Origin: Pseudomonadota bacterium
Lineage (GTDB): Bacteria > Bdellovibrionota_C > UBA2361 > OMII01
NCBI GenBank assembly: GCA_039799965.1
Contig: JBDLRS010000111.1
Span: 60,394-124,393, forward strand
Direction: 5' to 3'
DNA length: 64,000 nucleotides
The notes under the pieces were generated by a model. The model did not search any database, was not told where the DNA came from, and saw only the letters and a program-made list of their open reading frames with translations. Numbering within the stretch: position 1 is the first letter of the stretch; each line of letters begins with the position of its first letter. Shown piece after piece: positions 59,110 to 64,000 of this stretch. A program made the position numbers and the translations under genes.

Positions 59110-60846
59110 TTAAGGCCTTGTGGCTAGTTCATCGAAGAATTTCGGTGGGATCGATGGGGCTTTATTTTTTAGGTAGTCTATCACTCGGTTAACCTGTTCT
59201 GCGGTGAGCTCCATTTTTTTGTCAAAATAGTTTGTCATTGTCGTACCACTGCCCTGCGGAACAGCCGTTGGGTCGATGATTTTTAGAATTGAGTGGGCAG
59301 TCAATTCTCCTGCTGCCCTTATGGATAGAAGGAATTCGCGCAACGTAACCCTGTGCTCAGGCGTACGCTCCTGCTGGCCGTGCTCGTTTTCTGCTGCCGT
59401 GAATAGTTGCATTCCAAGATTGAATACGGCTTTAGCTAGAGGACGCAAAGCTTTTACTGATAGTGGTGCAGCGTCCATCCTAGTTTCAGCAATATCATCC
59501 TGTATCGCATTCCTAACAACTGTCCGGTAGGGTTCCGGCAAAGAGTTTATGATCAGGTCTGTGTATATTCGCAGACCGACCGCAACGACATTTCTTTCGC
59601 CAATTTCCGCATTCTGATCATATCCGAACGCTCGTTTTATGTCCTCAGAGACCAGGTTCTTCCATCTGCCGGACAGTAGCTCCGTAAAAAAAGACCGATA
59701 ATCGCCATCTGTTTCCTGGCGATTAGAGCCGACCGTGGGGTTTGGGCGCTTGTGTCTCGATAAATCTTTCTGTATCTCGTTAAAATCCCTCCTCCAAACA
59801 CCAGACCATCCCTGTTTAAGAAACGATGTATAAAGCTCGCGGTCAAAAAAAAGGCCGTACATACTAAGAGTCAATGCGGCTGATGCTGTTGAGGGATCTT
59901 TTAAGTCCAGTTCGGAATATCTAGTAAGCAGACGGTATACCACGAGAGCTTTTTGACCAATTAAATCCTCAGTGGCAACTTTTGCGATTGGCTTGACTTC
60001 TTCGGAAATTAATGGGCTTTTTGCCTCAATGAGGGCTGCTTGCATAAATCGCGAGGCTAAAATGCCACGCGCTTGCGTAGCTTGTGCCTGAAGCGATTGT
60101 TCTTGCTTTTGAGATGCTTTTTTCTCTTTTTTTGACAGCGGTAGCGCCAACTCGCAGTGATCATCATCAGAATCCACGCTTTCAATTTGCGCTAGATTCT
60201 CTCTGACCATCCTTGCTAGTCTGTGAGGAAATCGATCGATTGGATCATTAATTTTTACATAATCGGTTGGTTTTTTTCTACTTTTACCCACTGCAGGTAG
60301 TGGTATCGCTTCGTCATTGTCATAGAAAAGAATCGTTGTCGTGCTTCCGTCCGGATCATTCGACGAAGTACAATTCAACATAACTACATCGGAAGATGGG
60401 CACTCCCTGATTTTTATTGTTATCGTCCCATCGCGGGGATCAAAAGCTGGCGATAAAGACCCTGTGCTGACTGCTTTTGTGTGATTGGAACCATGATGAC
60501 CTGAGGATGGCTGACATGTGATCTCTAAATTTTCGCCAGCTATCTGTCTGAGGGAAACAACATTTGGGGCGGACCTCTCACGGAGGATTTTTAGCGCCAC
60601 CCGCGCATAGATCACTGCAAGCTGATTTCTGACGACCTCTTCTGAACTGCTCTCACGAAACGAAAGACCCGGTAAATTAGCTGAATCAGGCTCAGTGACT
60701 AGGGTCCTAGTGAAATCCCCCAAATCATGTATAAAAGATCTATTCTCGTTTGGATTTTCAGGATCCTTAAACCTTGATTGAAAAAAATCTCTGAACACTT
60801 TAGATGGAGTGGTCGTTGTTTGCCGTCGCATATCTTGTGAAAACAT
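59110..60846 (-). CDS. orphan hypothetical protein (578 aa), lower G+C
   Basis: ORF 59110..60915. ATG 60846 is preceded by AGGAGGG. No motif recognised. Spot G+C is 27/60 at 60301-60360. Confidence 0.6.
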   Translation of the reverse strand: MFSQDMRRQTTTTPSKVFRDFFQSRFKDPENPNENRSFIHDLGDFTRTLVTEPDSANLPGLSFRESSSEEVVRNQLAVIYARVALKILRERSAPNVVSLRQIAGENLEITCQPSSGHHGSNHTKAVSTGSLSPAFDPRDGTITIKIRECPSSDVVMLNCTSSNDPDGSTTTILFYDNDEAIPLPAVGKSRKKPTDYVKINDPIDRFPHRLARMVRENLAQIESVDSDDDHCELALPLSKKEKKASQKQEQSLQAQATQARGILASRFMQAALIEAKSPLISEEVKPIAKVATEDLIGQKALVVYRLLTRYSELDLKDPSTASAALTLSMYGLFFDRELYTSFLKQGWSGVWRRDFNEIQKDLSRHKRPNPTVGSNRQETDGDYRSFFTELLSGRWKNLVSEDIKRAFGYDQNAEIGERNVVAVGLRIYTDLIINSLPEPYRTVVRNAIQDDIAETRMDAAPLSVKALRPLAKAVFNLGMQLFTAAENEHGQQERTPEHRVTLREFLLSIRAAGELTAHSILKIIDPTAVPQGSGTTMTNYFDKKMELTAEQVNRVIDYLKNKAPSIPPKFFDELATRP

Positions 60847-61228
60847 AAAAGCCCTCCTATCCCCCGCCAATTCATTCGAGGTGCTAAACACATGGAAGCT
60901 CCTGCCCAACCTCAAACTTAGAATATAAAACGGCTTTTAACTACAAGACGGGCGCGATATTTACACCACCCAAGCGCCGCCTTCCGGGGGCTTAAATACC
61001 CAGTGCTTTTAGATGCCTACGCCATTTCTGCCTCCAATAAGTCCTCGCATAAGAAAATGACATGCTGGTAAGCGTTACGAGGGAGCGGGCAGTAAGGGCA
61101 TTTCAGGGGCATTTCAGGGGCATCTCGCATCCTTGGTCGGTCGAAGCTTCAATTTGTGGGGTTTTATCAATCAAAGAAACGACTTATCAGTGGATGTCGT
61201 ATCGGGGTATCTGGTATCATGCTCGGCT

Positions 61229-62470
61229 ATGACACTCGATCCCCTACTCATCCGCTCGCTCGCTACGCAATTTCACACCCCACTCTACGTCTTTGAGGAG
61301 TCGGTGGTTCGCAAGCGGTGTCGAGAGCTTAAAGCCGCGATAACCTACCCAAATCTCGTCATTCGGTACGCCTGCAAGGCGCTCACGTTGCGAGTGATCC
61401 TCTCTATCGTCAAAGAGGAAGGCATCTGGATAGATGCGTCATCGCTCAATGAAGCGAAGAGAGCGATCCTTGCCGGCTACGCGCCTGAGCAGGTCGCCTA
61501 CACCGGTGAGAGCGCATCACATTCGGTATTCAACGAGCTGCTTGAGATGAACGTCACCATGAATTGCAGCTCGCTCGATCAGATGCGAATCCTCGGCCAG
61601 GTCCGACCTGGAGCGAGGCTCTCTGTCAGGATAAATCCCGGTGAGGGTCACGGCGCAAACAATAAGATTAATACCGGAGGCCCAGCGAGCAAGCACGGCA
61701 TTTACGTCGACCAGCTCGATGAGGTCCGCGCGATCGTAAAGGAATATGACCTTAAACTCGATGGCATTCACGCGCACATCGGTTCTGGGACCGATCTCGC
61801 TCATTGGTTACGTATCAAGGACCTTACGCTCGACATCGGCCGACAGTTTGACGACCTCTCCTTTGTAAACTTAGGTGGGGGTATTCCCGTCGTGTACAAC
61901 CCGGAGACCGATAAGCCGATGCCTCTTGCTGAGTGGGGAGAGCGTCTGACCGATAGCTTTGAGCGATTCTCAAAGGAATACGGCAAGCCCATCCAACTTC
62001 AGATAGAGCCGGGGCGGTTTATAGTCGCTGAGTGTGGACACCTCATCGCTGAGGTGCAAAACGTCAAGCGCACCCCGGCCTATAACTTCGCGCTCCTTAA
62101 CACCGGTTTCAATCACAATCCTCGCCCAGCGATGTATGGAAGCTACCATCCCCTCACCCTCGTTGCTGGAGACGGTCGAGAGCTTGCCGGCTCTAAGGAA
62201 TATGTCATCGGCGGCTACCTCTGCGAGTCGGGAGATATCTTCACTCAGGGAGAGGATGGAGAGCTCAAGCCTCGGGTGTTTCCGGAGATAAAGGTGGGAG
62301 ACCTGATAGTAACCGAACTGGTCGGCGCCTACAGCCACGCAATGAAGAACGAGTACAACTCGATGAACCTCCCAGCCTCAGTGCTTCTTCAAACAAACGG
62401 AACCGCGAAGATTATCGAGCGACGGGGAACCCTTGAGGATGTGATTCGACGAGAGGTTGAGGCGTTCTAG
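61229..62470 (+). CDS. lysA: diaminopimelate decarboxylase
   Basis: ORF 61133..62470; ATG 61229. 'RYACKAL' (PLP Lys), 'HAHIGSG', 'NLGGGIPV', 'GGYLCESGD'. Confidence 0.8.
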   Translation: MTLDPLLIRSLATQFHTPLYVFEESVVRKRCRELKAAITYPNLVIRYACKALTLRVILSIVKEEGIWIDASSLNEAKRAILAGYAPEQVAYTGESASHSVFNELLEMNVTMNCSSLDQMRILGQVRPGARLSVRINPGEGHGANNKINTGGPASKHGIYVDQLDEVRAIVKEYDLKLDGIHAHIGSGTDLAHWLRIKDLTLDIGRQFDDLSFVNLGGGIPVVYNPETDKPMPLAEWGERLTDSFERFSKEYGKPIQLQIEPGRFIVAECGHLIAEVQNVKRTPAYNFALLNTGFNHNPRPAMYGSYHPLTLVAGDGRELAGSKEYVIGGYLCESGDIFTQGEDGELKPRVFPEIKVGDLIVTELVGAYSHAMKNEYNSMNLPASVLLQTNGTAKIIERRGTLEDVIRREVEAF

Positions 62471-62652
62471 CAGGGTGGTGAAAAATGGTTCCGTCGTGAG
62501 CATTTTGAGAGTTTTGACGAAACGAGGCGGAGACGATGAAAAAACCGGAGGCGTATCCACTGAGATACGTTGAGGATTTTTTCAGCGGCTCCAACGAAGT
62601 TGCAGTCAAACTATCGAAATGCGCAACAGGAAATCATTTTTCGCCACCCTGC
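62470..62652 (+). mobile_element. MITE copy B (183 bp)
   Basis: TIRs 'GCAGGGTGGTGAAAAA ... TTTTTCGCCACCCTGC' flanked by TA/TA (62468-69 and 62653-54). It shows 5 mismatches to the reverse complement of copy C by manual alignment. Confidence 0.85.
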
Positions 62653-63413
62653 TAGCGCGACGTTCCCCGAAGGCGGCAGACCTCATCGTACGCCTGTTGG
62701 AGCTTCTGAAACGCTCGAAGGTGCGCCCGGATCTCTTCCGGACGCACGGCGCACGAGGAGTGCTTGTCAGGATGAAGCTTGAGCGCGAGCTTTCGGTAGG
62801 CTCGCTTAATCGTCTCGTCGGTATCGTACTCCGTACAACCGAGATAATCGTAGCTCCAGTGAGAACGGTGTGGTTGCGGTCGCTCTACGCGAACCTTCGC
62901 TCCTCGCGGTCCCCATGATCTGCGAGTCGAACCATCCCCTCTTCTTTTTGTAGATGTTTGTCCGACCGAAGCTCGTGGAGAGGCTTTGGGCCACACCGGC
63001 CTCTGAGCTTTGCGCGTCGATACGACTACCTGGAGCAGATCCTCAATCACCTTGAGCGCCTCTCCCTCATCTGACGAGAGCGGACCATCGCACACCGCGA
63101 ACTCGAGGAGCCTGGCCAGAAGCTCTCGCCGCTCACGGAGAGATGGCCGACATCCCATGAGAAATGACCTGATCTTTCGAGCCAGGGCTTCCCGTGACGG
63201 GACGGTTGCGACTTGAGAAACGCCGCACTCGCGTCGCATAAAAGCCACCTCGAGCACGGAGAGTTCGCCATCAGATCCTCCGAGATAGAGGTAACACCCT
63301 AGCCTGGTTTCATTGAGAATACGTGTTCGCACGACCTGGCGGCTCTCCATGCGCCGCGCTCGTGCCCGTTCCCGTTGTTCCTTGGTTAGTTTTGCAAATC
63401 CTTTTGTGGCCAT
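62652..63413 (-). CDS. J-domain protein with TerB-like middle region (DjlA-like, no TM)
   Basis: C-terminal J domain 'YDYLGCTEYDTDETIKRAYRKLALKLHPDKH' (HPD). Middle 'LLARLLEFAVCDGPLSSDEGEALKVIEDLL' is TerB-like. Confidence 0.7.
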   Translation of the reverse strand: MATKGFAKLTKEQRERARARRMESRQVVRTRILNETRLGCYLYLGGSDGELSVLEVAFMRRECGVSQVATVPSREALARKIRSFLMGCRPSLRERRELLARLLEFAVCDGPLSSDEGEALKVIEDLLQVVVSTRKAQRPVWPKASPRASVGQTSTKRRGDGSTRRSWGPRGAKVRVERPQPHRSHWSYDYLGCTEYDTDETIKRAYRKLALKLHPDKHSSCAVRPEEIRAHLRAFQKLQQAYDEVCRLRGTSR

Positions 63414-63424
63414 GCGTGAGGCGA

Positions 63425-63796
63425 CGACGATATCCTACCGATAGTTCGGCGGCTACCGCTTTTTTGTTGCTACAAAACAGATCGATGTAAGGGGGATCCG
63501 ATATGTAAGCACACCAACAACAAAGATACTCTCGCTCGTCCCGATAACGACGCTTCTATCCTTTATCGGTATCAACAAACATGGAGTAGGAATAGACCTC
63601 TCGAAGCTCTGAATAATGGAGCACAAGGATCCCCTCGATAATAACAACATCCAAACGAGACGTTCGCCTTATCGTAATAGTAAGAATCGAGAGGAATAAC
63701 TTGCACCCTTTATGGCCCGCCGACCCTGCAGCGATCGTGCCCAAGGGTGGTTTTGCCACTGGCGGTTCCACCAGCGACTGAAATGATTCGAGCCAT
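63425..63796 (-). pseudogene. decayed uridine kinase (udk-like) pseudogene
   Basis: Fragments lie in three frames: 'MARIISVAGGTASGKTTL', 'ARSLQGRRAIKGA', 'VIPLDSYYYDKANVS', 'VVIIEGILVLHYSELREVYSYSMFVDTD', 'KRRYRDERE'. There are at least 3 frameshifts and about 55 aa missing between the DSYY and IEG motifs. Confidence 0.65.
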
Positions 63797-63801
63797 ACCT
63801 A

Positions 63802-63984
63802 ACAGGGTGGTGAAAATTGATTTCCTGTTGCGCATTTCGATAGTTTGACTGCAACTTCGTTGGAGCCGCCGAAAAAATCCTTAACGTATCTCAGTGGATA
63901 CGCCTCCGGTTTTTTCGTCGTCTCCGCCTCGTTTCGTCAAAACTCTCAAAATGCTCACGACGGAACCATTTTTCACCACCCTGC
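63802..63984 (-). mobile_element. MITE copy C (183 bp, inverted relative to copy B)
   Basis: 'ACAGGGTGGTGAAAAT ... TTTTTCACCACCCTGC' flanked by TA/TA (63800-01 and 63985-86). Its end lies 5 nt upstream of the udk-pseudogene ATG. Confidence 0.85.
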
Positions 63985-64000
63985 TAAGAGTTATCCAATT

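Noticed and set aside
61095-61127. Short tandem 'GGCATTTCAGG GGCATTTCAGG GGCATCTCG' upstream of lysA
   Set aside because: There are only about 2.5 imperfect copies of an 11-mer. It could be a binding site, but it is too short to support any call.
62570-63854. Two small ORFs (62570..62782 +, 63669..63854 -) sharing the peptide 'SNYRNAQQEI'
   Set aside because: The shared peptide comes from reading through MITE copies B and C. A similar string appears across copy A. These are not genes.

Overview
This is a 64-kb chromosomal window from a Gram-negative-type bacterium. That call rests on lipoboxes, a beta-barrel OMP, a GspK-like protein and MreB. Backbone G+C is roughly 55-60% by hand spot counts. 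I had no BLAST or HMM tools, so all protein calls come from motifs read in the ORF translations and carry that uncertainty.

Backbone content:
- Housekeeping genes: hflX, ychF, mreB, rpmB, lysA, rnpB, tRNA(CAU) and tRNA-Lys(UUU).
- All seven shikimate-pathway steps lie within about 11 kb. They start with an unusual chorismate mutase + prephenate dehydratase + ACT + DAHP synthase fusion, which is preceded by a Phe/Tyr-rich leader peptide and a terminator (a classical attenuator layout).
- A four-gene glycan-modification-type operon.
- A REC-RsbW-like kinase plus STAS partner-switching module.

Accessory content:
1. A 12.7-kb island sits in the tRNA(CAU) gene, bounded by perfect 45-bp direct repeats (26481-26525 and 39109-39153). 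It carries integrase, an Xis-like HTH, a primase-like protein and a RecA-fold ATPase. Its cargo is an XRE regulator, a collagen-like secreted protein, a 3-TM protein and a 1433-aa protein.
2. A 183-207-bp MITE family has three copies. One sits exactly between the overlapping stop codons of two convergent genes. Another abuts a decayed uridine-kinase pseudogene.
3. A second tyrosine recombinase lies next to a lower-G+C orphan gene.

The best candidate for an undescribed system is the island's 1433-aa protein. It combines a Cap4/DUF4297-like nuclease N-terminus, a long TPR array, a GreA/B-C-like domain and a PIN-like C-terminus, with no NTPase motif. Small downstream ORFs may belong with it.
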